This document shows positions 26,430-39,211 of a stretch of 48,041 nt of DNA, one piece after another. Position 1 is the first letter of the stretch. Each line of letters opens with the position of its first letter. The notes beneath the pieces were generated by a model. That model was not told where the DNA came from and searched no databases. It worked only from the letters and a program-made list of their open reading frames with translations. The stretch lies in the NCBI GenBank assembly GCA_021432655.1, contig MU271265.1, positions 62,001 to 110,041 of the forward strand, read 5' to 3'. Origin of the DNA: Atractiella rhizophila (taxonomy: Eukaryota). A program made the position numbers and the translations under genes.

Positions 26430-27159
26430 CCTGTTTCTTTTGAGCGGAAGCAAACTGCTCTAGGTGTTTACGAAGCTGAGCAAAACGTTTGAAGTAAAGA
26501 GCTTGGAGGCTGGAAAGAGGATAACTTTTTAGGAAGCGGCTAGCAGGCAATCCGGGCATGTGTACGGCCAAGTCATGCGCGAGACACTGAGACCTGAGCA
26601 GCGCTAATAGTGTGTGCACTGTGATTGATAGTGGTAGGGATTGGTGATAGCTGCGCGTAGTATTCATGATTGCAACTCGAAAGTTCATTGACCGGAGATA
26701 CACAATGTTGTAATATTCACAAATCTAAATCAACACCTAGAATTGACTGTTCCTTTCTCACCTTTACGCGGAAAGGAATGGGAGCATAGCGAGAGATCAG
26801 ATACACTTACTTCCACTTCACCATCGCCCACAACATACTCAGCGGCTCATACACGCGTTCGCTACGGGTCCGGCAGTAAGAGGATACGGCTCATTCTGCG
26901 CTTCTGTCGGGCCTGAGCAAAGAAAAAGTTGGAACTGTGCGATAGGATGATACCGTTATTCCCTCAAAGAAGGCATTGCCCATTTAATCAGGACCTAAGT
27001 CTCTTGCCTGAGGCATGCACTCCCAGATCTCACCGACTCCTTGCTGCCCATTGACAATCTGCTTCTCTTCAATGAGCTACAGGCATTCTACGGAAACTAA
27101 AACTCCACCGTTGCTAGCTGCTTTGATTAAATATGGCGCAATATTTCATCGCTATAAGT

Positions 27160-28521
27160 TTAAAAGGAATCGTACAGGTTGCCCGTGAACGACGAATCAT
27201 TGAATCGCCGATAAACGTAGACCTTTCGATTGGTGTGGAATGTAGGGATCCTGTAAATTGCAAGCGTCTGTAAATGTGGCAAAAATGCCGCGCAGACCGT
27301 CAAGATTTTATTGATCTCTTGTAGATCTAAGGGAGACGTCAAGACTTCGTAAATTCCATCGTCGAGCTGAATGACCAGGTCACGGGCAGTTGAGAATTTG
27401 ATCACCGACAGATCGTGTGTGAGCGCATTCGCAAGACAGGCCGTTGAGACAACCAATCGCACCGATTCAAGGTTTTCGAAGAGCGGGATATCCTTGAAAA
27501 CATTCGGAAACTCAGTGGCAGCTTGTAAACCTGGTCGTTTGATTTCCAATTTTCGTAGTGACTGACAGTGCCTGATTATCATCTGAGAGCAGAAGTTGGG
27601 ATCAAGGTAGCATTCTTTGATGGTGAGGTTCAGGATCCTTGACGGCCACTTCAATTCTTTCGACGCCGAAGAGTATCCATAAGACCCAATAATCAGGTGC
27701 AAATCGTCAAGATTCGGCAACGTGGAAAGGACCTGATTGACCAAGGAGATATTCTGAGGAGATAATGAGATTTTCAATTTTTTGAGCCTTGTCGAAGTAG
27801 CCGCAACAAGTGAAACAAAATTCGAATGGGTGCCAGGTTGAGGGAGAGACAGTGCTTGAACACTCAAAACACGACTAAGTAGCCGTTCGAGGTTGAAGGT
27901 TGGGATATACTCTCCTTGCCCGGTTTTGCACGAACCACCGTGTTTGTCCTTATAGATCAACGAGAAGTGAGCAGAGCCATTCGGAAGGCGATTGAGCAGG
28001 TCCTTGAGAGTGGAAGATACTTTCTGCACGGCTCTCGCGTGATATCTGAACCGTCTCCGCCTTTGCAAAGATGGCATGTAAAATGTTGGGTCGTCAGGCA
28101 TTTCCATCGTAATTTCCAGCGAAATTCTTTTGACATGGGGTAATAACTTACCAGGAAAGCGACCCAAGTCTTTGATACAGCCGTCGGAATAAGAATCAGC
28201 GCTTCTGCTCAATGACCGTTGAAGCTTTAATTTTAACTTCTCCATGATATCCAATTGTTCAGGTTGAATGCGATACCAGATAGAAAGGACGATATGTTTG
28301 AAAAGCGAAGGTACAATCACCTGTCGGAATCGTCGACACACGCAACTGAGACTCTTCAAGGCAGCTTCGTAGTTGAGGCCGAGAAGGGACACTATTGTGC
28401 CGTTGACAGAGATATAGAGACCAGCTGCAAGAGCAAAGATGATCAGGTGAAGCTCGGTCGGAAGCGTCAAGAAAGGTGGGACGGGACGTTGGGGTCCTGG
28501 ACGGGTATGGCATGAGTTCAT
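27160..28521 (-). CDS. Intronless F-box domain protein with LRR-like C-terminus
   Basis: 453-aa ORF; FLTLPTELHLIIF...LKSLSCVCRRFRQVIVPSLF F-box signature. Confidence 0.8.
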   Translation of the reverse strand: MNSCHTRPGPQRPVPPFLTLPTELHLIIFALAAGLYISVNGTIVSLLGLNYEAALKSLSCVCRRFRQVIVPSLFKHIVLSIWYRIQPEQLDIMEKLKLKLQRSLSRSADSYSDGCIKDLGRFPGKLLPHVKRISLEITMEMPDDPTFYMPSLQRRRRFRYHARAVQKVSSTLKDLLNRLPNGSAHFSLIYKDKHGGSCKTGQGEYIPTFNLERLLSRVLSVQALSLPQPGTHSNFVSLVAATSTRLKKLKISLSPQNISLVNQVLSTLPNLDDLHLIIGSYGYSSASKELKWPSRILNLTIKECYLDPNFCSQMIIRHCQSLRKLEIKRPGLQAATEFPNVFKDIPLFENLESVRLVVSTACLANALTHDLSVIKFSTARDLVIQLDDGIYEVLTSPLDLQEINKILTVCAAFLPHLQTLAIYRIPTFHTNRKVYVYRRFNDSSFTGNLYDSF

Positions 28522-29038
28522 CGTAAAGCCAGAAAGGAAATCGAACCATTCTGCATTGCCTTTCGAAGTGTTGTAATCATGTAATCGTTTGCTCTGTGCA
28601 CGATGGCGAGAGCGCTGTTTTCATTGGTCATGGCCTAGTTAATGATTCTGAAGTGGTTGGGGAGCTTGCAACTTGTGCAACTCCTTGTGTTTCATCAAAT
28701 TTCGGCACGGAAGAGAGGAGTTCTTGATCCATTGTCAGTCTAATTGTACCATTGTACATCAGGGGGATCCCGAAGCGAGGGTGCCCTTCTCATCAATTGC
28801 CTGTCCCTCAAGTTCTAGTTCGACATTGGACAACTCACGTAATCTTCCGAGCGGTTGTCCTTCCCGCGCCAACTCGTCGCGGGTAATGTTAGGTGTAGTT
28901 TCAGATTTTTAGTTTCTTGATGATTATAAGTTGCACCTAAGAAGATGCGGTTGCATTTCTCCAACCAAATTTTTTGACTTCCACTGCTTCCTGTTCCTTC
29001 TTGTTTGTTGCTTCTCAGCTTGGAAGTGCTCAGAAAGG

Positions 29039-30106
29039 ATGGCACCAAAAATGAAATCGAAACTGGTCGTCAAGTCACAATCCACAAGACTCTCTCCTCC
29101 GATCAAATCGGCACTCAAACCAAGTGGATCGAAGGCAGAGCAGGAGAATGAAGGGAAGGTTATTGGCAAGCGGAAACGGGATGCAGATGAGGAAGAAGGG
29201 AGCGAGGTGGAAGATGGGGAAAGTGCAAGCGAGAGTGGAGGGAGTGCAAGTGGATCTGAGTCTGAGTCTGAGTCTGAGGTGGAGGGAGGAGAGGGAGAAG
29301 GGCAGAGTGAGGGAGACGATGAGGCTGCGATAGCTTCTATGCAGGACGCGAAGAAGAAAAAGAGTGCGTTCCAATCCATCCATTCTTTACTGTAAAGGTT
29401 TTGACATTTATCGTTCCATAGAAAAGCCCAAAGCGCGAGCACTCTCGCCGACCTCGTTCGGAGCCTCGCTCACACACTTACTCTCTCTCCCCGCTCCTCC
29501 CTCGCACGTTCCACACACCGCACCATCCCACCTCCTCCCGCGGGCCAAAGGGTCTCCAAAGCCGTCGAAGCTAGAGAAAGAGGCGCGTTCGCTCGTGCGT
29601 CAGGAGAAGCGCGAGTTAGCGGAACGGGGATGGGTGAGCGATGTGATTGGAGGATGGGCCGGGGAGGTGGAGTGGAGTGGACGGCCGATCGAGTTTAGGG
29701 AGGCGGAGGAAGGAGAGGGAGGGGCAGAGAGGGAGAAGAGGCTGAGGAGGCTCGCGCAGAAAGGTGTCGTTAGGCTCTTTAATGCCGTCAGAGCGGCGCA
29801 GGGCGTGAAAGATGAAGAGGTGGAGGAGCTACCGAGGAGGAAAAGGAGGAAGGTGGAGGAAGAGCAAGAGAATGACATAGATTCGGCGATTGTGAAGGAG
29901 GAAGTGGGCGAAGAGAAAGCTGTTGGAGCGGAGAGGAAGGGACTGAATATTATGGGTACAAAAGGGAAGGCAGAGGCATGTACGTCGATTTTTCTTGCTT
30001 TCCCTTTCTCTTTGAGAAATGTGCGAACTGATTTGGGATGGATACAGTGAGCAACTTGTCAAAAGCCAGCTTCTTGCAGCTCCTACGGCAGGGAGGGAAG
30101 AAATGA
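29039..30106 (+). CDS. RRP15: Ribosomal RNA processing protein Rrp15 (3 exons)
   Basis: Acidic N-terminus, EREKRLRRLAQKGVVRLFNAVRAAQ, C-terminal LSKASFLQLLRQGGKK*. Confidence 0.88.
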
Positions 30107-30528
30107 TACTCAGACCGTGTATCAGGTTCTGAAATTGCTTATTCCCGATCTCTCTAATCAAAGTCCTTGAAAACGACAAAGTCGGAAGATGCTTTCCATA
30201 CTCGATTTCCGAGGACTGCTAGTACGTAATGGCGATTCCACCGCGCGACCCAAGTCCTCCTCAATGCCAAGTTCGCAGGTGCAAGATGACCGGGACAGTG
30301 CCTGAGATGTTTGCGCGCATCGGAGTAGTCAGGTGAATGGAATATATGTGTGGCCTTGAGTTCCTGTTGGGCCTGTTCATCATTCAAAACGACCAGAACC
30401 GACCAAAGCTCACGCAATTGCTTCCCCGCGTATATTTTTATAACTTTTCTACTACAAAATACGCTTCCCACAAACCACCAGATAAGCATTGGCGCAACGC
30501 CTGCAGACACTAATACTCGAACGGAACG

Positions 30529-33500
30529 ATGCCGCGAGACCTCGTACTGCGCCAGTCCAACCATGACAAGGTCACCACCTCACTCCCCTCCCAGCTGGAG
30601 GATCGAACCCTGCCTGAGTTCTTGCTCTCCATCAAAGCCTTCTCCCGCAAACACTTCCGTCGATGGGCTTACTTCGTCTCCACCCACCAAATCTTCGTCC
30701 TCCTCCTCAGCTCAGCGCTCATCTTCTCCCTCTCCTATCCGGTCATCTTCCTCTACGTATGGACTACCGAAGGCCATTCCCGCTTGGTTGACGCTCAGAA
30801 CCTGTGGAGGTTCGTCAGCAAGCCAGTGAGGGATCGTGCCAGCTTTGGAGCGGCAGTGGGCGACTTGCGGATGCCTTGGGAGCTGGCAGAGTTGAGGGGA
30901 GAGCTGCTGAGCACGGACGACGAGATGTGTTGGGAAAACGTGGGTGTGGAGAGGGTGGTGCGCATGGAACAAGTCTTGGTGACTACCGAGGTATGTATTC
31001 TCATTGTACTTTGGTGGGCGAGAGTTGAAGAGAAAGAAGGAAGTTCTAGACTCCGGAGGAGGAATATCAGGTCCTGGAGTCGTGGACCGGAGAACGCTTG
31101 AAGCTGCTCTGGACTTGCAAGAAAAGATTCAGACGATGCTGAAGGAGGAAGGGATTGAAGCATCTTCGTGCATTTTGTCAAGAGATGGACAGTCCTGCCT
31201 CGTCCTCTCACCCTGGGACTTCTTCACTCTCTCCTCCACCACAACAACAACCGCAGATACCTCCGCTCCAACCTCCGCCTCAACAGCCAAAGCAGACTCC
31301 CTCCTCCGCTCTGCCCTCCTCTCCCCTCTCCACCATCCCCACCTAAACACCACACTATCAGGGCTCCCACTCTCCCTCGAAACCACCTTCGCCGGCCGCG
31401 TCATGTCTCGGGATCGGCTTATCCGGGCCAACTACCTCGCCCTCACCTTCTTTCTCGAGTCCTCACCACCCGTCCATTTCTCCCGCTCCGCACATTCAGC
31501 CTGGACGCGCTCCCTCGCTTCCGTCGCTGGAGACTGGGCACGCCTTTTGCCAGCTCAGCGGTGGGCCGCCCGTCGTCTGTTCGTCCTCAAGTACCGTCCA
31601 CGGCTCCCGCTCACGGATAGGCACCTCGAAGACGCGTTTTATGCATTGGGATATCTCGTTGTTGGCGCTCATGTGTGGAGAAAGAGCGGGAAAGTCAAAG
31701 GACTCCATTCCCTCTCTGGCATCCGGATAGCTGCAGCGACCAGTCTGGCGGCGACGGGAGTGATGACGTTCTCTGTATGCGCTTTGGCTGGCTTGAGTTT
31801 GGGATTGGCGCCAGGGTACGTCTCTGCTCCAAGTATTGCCGATGGAGGACTGATGAGGCGAGGATAGGAAAATGTTACCACTCTTGGTCATAGTTTCTGG
31901 GGCGGACAATCTACTCATATTGTCGAGGAGTGTGACGAGGACCGGAGTGTTCTTGCCTGTGAAGGAACGAATTGCGAGAGGGTTGGAGCGGGTCGGCGCT
32001 GGAATGGTTGCCTTCCTGGGATTCGAATTGCACTTCATTTTTGTGGTTCTCCGTTATGTTAAGATCAAGACCATCAAAGTCCGTGCCCTCTCCTTCGGTC
32101 GCGTTGTGCTGATGGAAGTGGCGTAGGAATGGGTCGGATTCATTGCTGTCACGCTCATCACGTCTTACGCTATGGAGATGACCTTTTTCCTCGCCGTTCT
32201 CTCCATCGATCTCGGAAGACTGGAGTTAGGTGATTTACTCAGCGGCCCAGAGCTCAAGAAAGATCTAGGGGAAGAAGACGAGAAGGAACGAGCTGATCAG
32301 AAGTGCTCGCTGTTTAAATGTGTGCTACGTGGACTAGGAAGAATGCTGAAAGAACGAGGGGCGAAAACATTCACATTTGGATCTGTACAGATTTCATCGT
32401 TTCATTGACGCAAATGCTGATTTGCCGACTGTAGCTTGTGGTGATCAACACATCCCTCATCCTGTTCTACGGAAGAGACCACTACCTCCCCGCCTTCTGT
32501 TCTCAAGCAAACCCAGACGCTCCAAATCGCCTCCTCTCTCCATCCTTAGGGAACGATCTTAACAACCTGCTCGCGAAGGAGTACGCACTGTCGCAGCCTT
32601 CGGGCTCCAGCTCTCCCGCCGAAGTGTTTTGGAACGTCGTCAACCCCAACGGCGCGAGCAGCATCCACGTCTACGTCGAACCTGCCTCTGTACTCGCACT
32701 CAGGAGCCCCGCCAATCTGGACACGGAGACGACGTTGAGCGCGATCAGCGTTTGGTTCGAACCGTTCAGCTTGTTCGCAAGATTCGTTGTCCTCCCCCTC
32801 GTGCTCAGCTTGTTCACCATGTATCTCTTCCTCCTCTACTTGCTTAAGGATTCGGATAAACTTGCGTTGGAGAGGGAGAGAGCGAAAATGGCTCTTGAGA
32901 AAGAGGCTGCCAGTGTCGCTACGCAGGAGGAGTTGTTGAGTATCGATACCTGGAAAGGCAGACACGGCGGAGATGTTGACCTTACTTCCAGCAACCGGGA
33001 GACGATTGTCTCTTGGTCCGCTTTCGAGGAGTTCATTACTGTCTGGAAGGGAGGATCGGACCGGATTCTCCTACCCGTTTCTGAGGATGAATCGCCGCTC
33101 ACATCTCTAGCGGTTGACGAGAACTCGACGCTTTGCGCCGCAGTAACGAGAGGAGGAAATGTCGTAGTGTGGACCATGTCAAGAAAGCGGCTACGTGTCA
33201 CAGAAGAGGCCGAGATATTGGTCGAACCGCTAGGAAAGGCGACCAAAGTCCTGTTCGTCAGCGGGGCGGAAGTCTCGAGCTCGCCAAGTTCGCCAACTGA
33301 TTTCAGTAAGGGGGGAATGAATGAGGGAGAGGGAGGACGGTTCTTGAGCTTCCATGAAGGTGGCGCGGTTGTCTCATGGGATTATCGTAGTGGTCGGGGA
33401 GAATCGTCGATCGCAGTTCCTCCTCCAGAATGGGCTTCATCGCAGCCAGTCAAGCTTCATCTTCTGGATCTCCATGCCCCATACCCGTCTAAAACCTACC

Positions 33501-34648
33501 GGCCTCTTATTGCTCAGGTCTCACAATCAGGCCTCCTCTCCATGTGGAAATGTGAAGAGTGCTCGACATCGTCGTCGCCTTGGAAAGAAGTCGCCTTATT
33601 TTCTCCATCAACCACAGTCGATCCCATTGTCACTCTTGGAGCAGCAGAGTTCTGCGGTCAACTAGTTCTCGTTGTTGGGTGTGCAAGTGGAAGTACAACT
33701 CTATGGGATGTAGAATTTGATGGGGGCAAGAAGATGGCCGAAATTGCCTCATTTTCCCAAATTGGGGGTACGCCAAAACAGATCCGAGTCCTAGGGGAGT
33801 GCAAGGCGCGATGTTCGCGGTGCTCGAGCTTAACTGTCGACTCTCTCATGATTATGATCGGATCGACGGGCCGATTACTTGTCCAGCGCGCCATTCTCAC
33901 TTCCAGTTGCGGCTGTTCTAGTAACTCCCCAAGGAGGTCGCAGAGAGCTTCCATGGTCTCACCTGACACTCTGCATCATCCTCGACAGCGATCAAGTATG
34001 ACAAGCTTGAGAGACGCAATGTCAGCAACACCGAGAAAGAATGGATTTCTAACTCCACCAGTCGAGAACAGCGAACTCCCTCCTCCGCTGTCATTTGACC
34101 TTTCAGATTTGATGGTGGAGACTATCGCAGAGCTTGAAGTTGACGAGCGAGGAGTTTGGGAGTTGTTAGGTGTAGAGGTTGTCGGTGTAGGGCGAACGAA
34201 TGTCGGCGGACGTTCCCCCTGGGAGTTCTGGATCTTACCTAGCCTTGACGACCTTCCAGCTTCGATGGACAACCACAATGCCTTTGTCCCTATCTTCGAA
34301 CCAGTCGAGCAACTATTCCGGTCGTCAGTCGAGAGTGCACGGCCACCTTCCCCAGCTCGACAGTCAACATCCGTTCTTCCACCTTCTGCAACCTCCACAA
34401 GTCTTCGGCGGCGTGGCTCCAGCATGACAATTGCACGATCAGATTCCAATACTTTTGGAGAGGATCTTCTTCCCTTTACCCGCATAAGGGTATTCTCGAA
34501 AAGCTTCGACGGATGTTCTATCTTGGTTGGGCTCGCGAATGTTCTCACAAGGGTGAGACGGCGGAATGCGGAAAGGAGCGAAAGTACGAGACATTCGAGG
34601 TCGAGGTCGAAGAGTAGAAGTGGAAGCTTTCGTAATTCATGGAGTTAA
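30529..34648 (+). CDS. SCP1: SREBP cleavage-activating protein (SCAP/Scp1): sterol-sensing domain plus WD40-like C-terminus (multi-exon)
   Basis: N-terminal F..WAYFVSTHQI TM segment; SSD-like LPLLVIVSGADNLLILSRSV...PVKERIARGL and EMTFFLAVLSID; cytosolic beta-propeller-like tail (HGGDVD, VGCASGSTTLWD). Confidence 0.8.
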
Positions 34649-35301
34649 TTGTTGCCATTCGCAGCGTTGCCTTATGCCGAGAGGCGCTGATAAGTGATCT
34701 TAACAGACTTATTGAGTGAGATAGACCGTGGCTTTCTAGGATAGTTTGTCCGAGCATCGAAGACCAGTACTCGAACAGTAAAGGAATCGAACTGGATAGT
34801 GACTAACCCTCAAAACTAAGATCCAACACATTCGATACCTTGCTTTACCCCGTCAAATGAGCTTGATGCAAAGCTCTCAGCACCACAGTCCTGTTAGACA
34901 ATGGCCTAATCGTTCTCAGTTTTCCGCGATTATCTCTTTCGGGAGGCCACGGTGTCTAGCCTTGTTCCGTCGTCCCATATTGACTTCATGCTTTCCAGTT
35001 TGCTGTGTGCAATTCCCGAATCTCAACTCTCAACTTGTTGTTTTGTTGTGATCTTTGGGTATGTTAGGCTATTTGGGAGGTTCTTGCCAACGGCTCGTCG
35101 GCCTCGTTATTTGATAGACCGATATGTAGGCAATTTGGTGCTGTGGTCAGCCACCGCAGGCGCGTCCTCTCATGCTGTCCGCCCCGGGGTAGGTATGAGT
35201 CGTTGTATTGCACTATTCTGTGCTATCTCCTTTACAACTACGAGTTCTGCTTGCCGTTATCCCTCGGAAATGTCGTTCACCGCACTACAAAGCGTGGAGT
35301 T

Positions 35302-35308
35302 ATAAAAG
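35302..35308 (+). promoter_or_regulatory. Putative TATA box
   Basis: TATAAAA about 70 nt upstream of the ATG at 35375. Confidence 0.45.
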
Positions 35309-35374
35309 GCTTGGGGTCGAAGGAGGGGAAGACGTCTAATTCTCTTTGACCGCTGCAGAAGGTATCGAATCGCA

Positions 35375-36843
35375 ATGACCGTTCAACGACAGCAAATACA
35401 GCCACGCCACGACCTCCTTCAATCCTTCCTTTCTGCACATCCCAGTATCCAGTTCATTCGATACAACTGGGTCTCACCGTCCGGATTGCTTTACTGTCGG
35501 AATGTCACTGTTCAGCATGCACTTTTCCTTTGCTCTTCGGGTAAAGCGTTGAAGATTGGCCCCATAGCTCACATCCTCCGTCCTAGTAAAGCTGACGTCT
35601 GTTTCGAGAAGGATATCCCCATTGTCGGCATCGACTACCTGTATCCAGACTTCGAGTCGCTTCGGATAATACCTTGGACGAAAAACGCAGACGGGAAGTT
35701 GACGGAGGCTTGGGTGTGGTGTGACGTTTTTGAAGAAGACAGGTGGGATTTTGAACGGTGTGGAAGAAAGGTGCTGGAGAAGGTCCTTTCCACTGCGAAA
35801 GAACAGGATATCACGTTCCAGTTAGGCTTCGAGGTTGAATTTACTCTGTTCACGAAGGAAGCCGATGGGGAACTAAAGAAGTTAGATAATGTCGGAGGAG
35901 CTTTCAATCCATCTGCTTATCGACGCCCCGAGGTCCTTTCCTATCTTCAAGAAGTCTCTATCGCTCTCTTGGAAGCTGGAATTCAGGTGTACCAATTTCA
36001 CTCAGAGGGAGGACAAGCGCTCTTTGAGATCTCCACAGGTCCATTATCGCCAATTCAATCTGTTGACGCCCTCTACTTTACACGAGAATGCATTCAGGCC
36101 ATAGCCATGAAGTACGGGTGGATCGCAACATCCTATCCCCACTCGAGCGTTGGATTGCACCACCATCTCTCAATCGAAGGACCTAAAGGAAAGGGAGAAG
36201 ATCAACAACGGTTTCTCGAAGGAGTGCTCGATAAGATGACCGCTCTTTGCGCATTCTCCATGCCCACAGTTGACAGTTACAAGCGCGTCTTCGAGTTCTC
36301 GGCCAACATGGGAGCTTATATCGTAAGTCCTCGCAATAATCTGGTGTCAATGACTGGATTTTGTGTAAGGGATATGGAACCGAGAATCGCGAAACTCCAG
36401 TTCGAAAGATAAGAGATGGGTACTGGGAATATAGAAACGCAGATTCGACAGCTAACTCCTATCTCGCTGTGGCTTTTTCTCATTCTCGCAGGACTCGCTG
36501 GGATAGAGGAAGGTGGCTCTTCGAAGTATTCAGATTGTCCACGTGAGTTTCTCTCGGCGTTACAGTTGTAAAAAGCAAGTTCGGTTAACATCGTTCCTGT
36601 GCAGATTGGACAGCAGCGATTTCTGAAGAAGAGAGGGCGAAGTACGGTATAACGAAGAGGCTTCCCAAGACGCTTGCAGAGTCGCTTGATGCCTTGGAGG
36701 GCAGCTTGGTGAAGCAGGAAAAGTGGCTCGCCGGTTACGAGAAGACGGTGCAGAGGTACCTGAAGGTGAAGAGAGAAGAAGTTGCGGAGCTAGAAGTTTG
36801 GGAGGAACAGGAGAGGATAAGAATTTTGATCAATCGATACTAG
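35375..36843 (+). CDS. Glutamine synthetase-like (GSI/FluG C-terminal-like) protein; contains a +1 frameshift at about 36474-36478
   Basis: GFEVEF, HSEGGQALFEI, GLHHHLSI, PTVDSYKR, GTENRETPVR, ANSYLA...LAGLAGI, LPKTLAESLDAL. Confidence 0.88.
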
Positions 36844-37889
36844 AGGACGGCACTATTAAGTGCAGCTGGAGAGGTGGACAGCATTAATGAACATTTACTG
36901 TGTCACTAGAACTTGATGCATTGATGGGCCATTGTAACGTTAGCTGCACATACCAACGTCATAATTGTGAACTTGAAGGTTACCTTCACCTTTGGCGTTC
37001 ACAGGCGTTACAAAACAGGCGTGGGACAGTGGGAGAATCCACCTCGCCAGGCTACACACTGCCATCAGTGAGTAGATCAACAGTGCAACAAGTTTTCGGG
37101 CAAAGTCTTGCTAGCACTTCAAGGGAAGAAAAACGAAAGTGTAACCGATCTCTGTGATTTCTAGCAACTGCGATTTAGACTGCGAATGTCAGATGCCTCG
37201 AAAGAAACAGGTTGAAAACTCTCGACAAGAGTACGAGGGAAACATCGCCTTACGGAACAAGAAACTGGTCCTCCCTCTCAAGCCTCTCTTTACACTGCCA
37301 ACGAGGGGAAACTTGAAATCGACGTCTGAATGGCCACGTCAACCCTGAAATTGGGCTTCCATGCGCTTAGCCCGCAGGACAAGATTGTCTATCAGTCTGA
37401 TTACTCAAGATGAGCTCAATTAGACGAATTCGCTCGAGAGTACCGACGCCATCCATCAATCGTTGCCAGCTTCACAGAGCCAATCTTACCCAGATCATTG
37501 TCTAGTCTATTTGATGTGACCGAGTACGCTTGACATTATTTTGTTGTCCATTACTAAAGTGGTTTGTAGCATTGGGAAACCATTTTCTCTAAAAGGGTTA
37601 ACTCGGATCATCGAGGCGGCTATCTGGGGGATAGACGGAGAAGGACTGGTCAAAGATGTGTAATGTTCCGCCCGTCTTCCGTTTCTCCATTCGAAGCTTT
37701 ATGGTTGGGGTTGCTTTTTTCAGCTGGAAAGCTTTTATGTCAACGGACCGTGAGAGTGTAAACAGCTGTATCAACAAATCAATCGTGTGAGACAGCGGGG
37801 GTTACAGTAAACGTTTCTTGGCATGAAATGGGACTCGCGCAATCAGCCCAGTGGGGTCGAACGTCCTCTGGTTTCACTCGTGCATCATA

Positions 37890-37936
37890 CAACAAAGTCA
37901 AGTGAACAACAAAGTGAACCACAAAGTGAACCAGAA
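37890..37936 (+). repeat. Short imperfect tandem repeat (ACAAAGTGAACC-like, about 3-4 units)
   Basis: aacaaagtcaagtgaacaacaaagtgaaccacaaagtgaaccagaag. Confidence 0.6.
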
Positions 37937-38259
37937 GGTGTGAATGGTGCATACCACAAACAGTGACGCTAGGATGCCATCTTCGGTTTGGGGGTGTATG
38001 GGGGACGTCTCATAACGGGACTAGCGTATTCGGAGACTGTACCAGTACCAACTAACAGGACAACTGCCCGATGGACGAGGTTCAAAGGAGTTGAATGTGA
38101 GGAGCTCAACCCACTCCTTCTGCTGTAACCCACCGCTTGATTGAGGTGTGGAGGGTGCAGCCTGCGCACCTCGCGCGATAGTATAAATTCCATAGCTTCA
38201 TCAGTATCCCAGAATTAAATAAGAGGAGCAATTGAAATAAGATCAACCATCGAGCACAA

Positions 38260-39211
38260 ATGGCAACTCTAGCGGGAGAAACAGTCGTGATAATTGGAGG
38301 TAAGCTATCATTTGAACCTTTCATGGCCAAAATTTTGAGTGGCCTCGCAGGATCTTCTGGAATCGGTTACAGCTTAGCTATCCTTTCGATTCTTAACCAG
38401 GCATCCAGGGTGATAATCGCCTCAACTAACCCCCAACGTCTTGCAATCGCCGCAAAGCAGCTAGCAATTGACTTGAAGGGCAGAAACGTGGATGTCGGCG
38501 ACCGCATCGAAGCAAAGGTCATGGATATTACCCAGCAGCAAAATGAGAAGCAGTTCTTTGAAGAGGTCGGAGAGATCGATCATTTAGTGATCACAGCTCA
38601 AAGTGAATCGCTTGATCTGGTTCAGCCCTTGAAGGGCATGGATTTGGAAAAAATCAAGAGCAATGGTATGGCCCTTTATCCATGTAGGGGGAAGGCACTC
38701 ATGTCGGACGTCAGATCCTTTCAACAGGAGGTTCTTCTCACATGCTTGTGCGATCCAAGCAGCAAAAATCAAGTCGCACGGCTCTGTCACCCTTTCCATT
38801 GGTCAGCAATTCTATCGAAATTCCCTCATGCCCACTAAACTGCTGCTAGGCACCGTGTTGGTAAAGCCCAATCCTTATTGGACTATCTTGGGAGCGTTGG
38901 CGGGGTGCATAGACGGTTGGACGAGAGGTGAGAGCATATTTCAGGCTCGTTAGCTGAGCTTTCTAGCCCTGGCGGTGGAGCTTGCTCCAATTCGGGTCAA
39001 CGTCATTTCTCCCGGGCTAGTCAAAACCGAACGGTGGGATAGTATGCCAGAAGAACACAGAAACGAAATGTTCAAGAACGCAACAGAGAAGTTGTTGGTT
39101 CGCCACGTTGCTGAACCAATGGAAGTCGCTGAGGCGTACTTGTTTGTTTTGAAGTGCAAGTATGTGACTGGGACTAGAATTGAGGTCGATGGTGGTTACA
39201 GGCTGGCGTAA
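38260..39211 (+). CDS. Short-chain dehydrogenase/reductase (5 exons)
   Basis: IIGGSSGIG Rossmann motif, IDHLVITA, ALAVELAPIRVNVISPG, YVTGTRIEVDGG; TATAAAT at about 38183. Confidence 0.92.

Noticed and set aside
34952..35349. ORFs upstream of the GS-like gene as an N-terminal amidohydrolase (full FluG fusion)
   Set aside because: No amidohydrolase HxH motif, too short, and a TATA box sits directly before the GS-like ATG.
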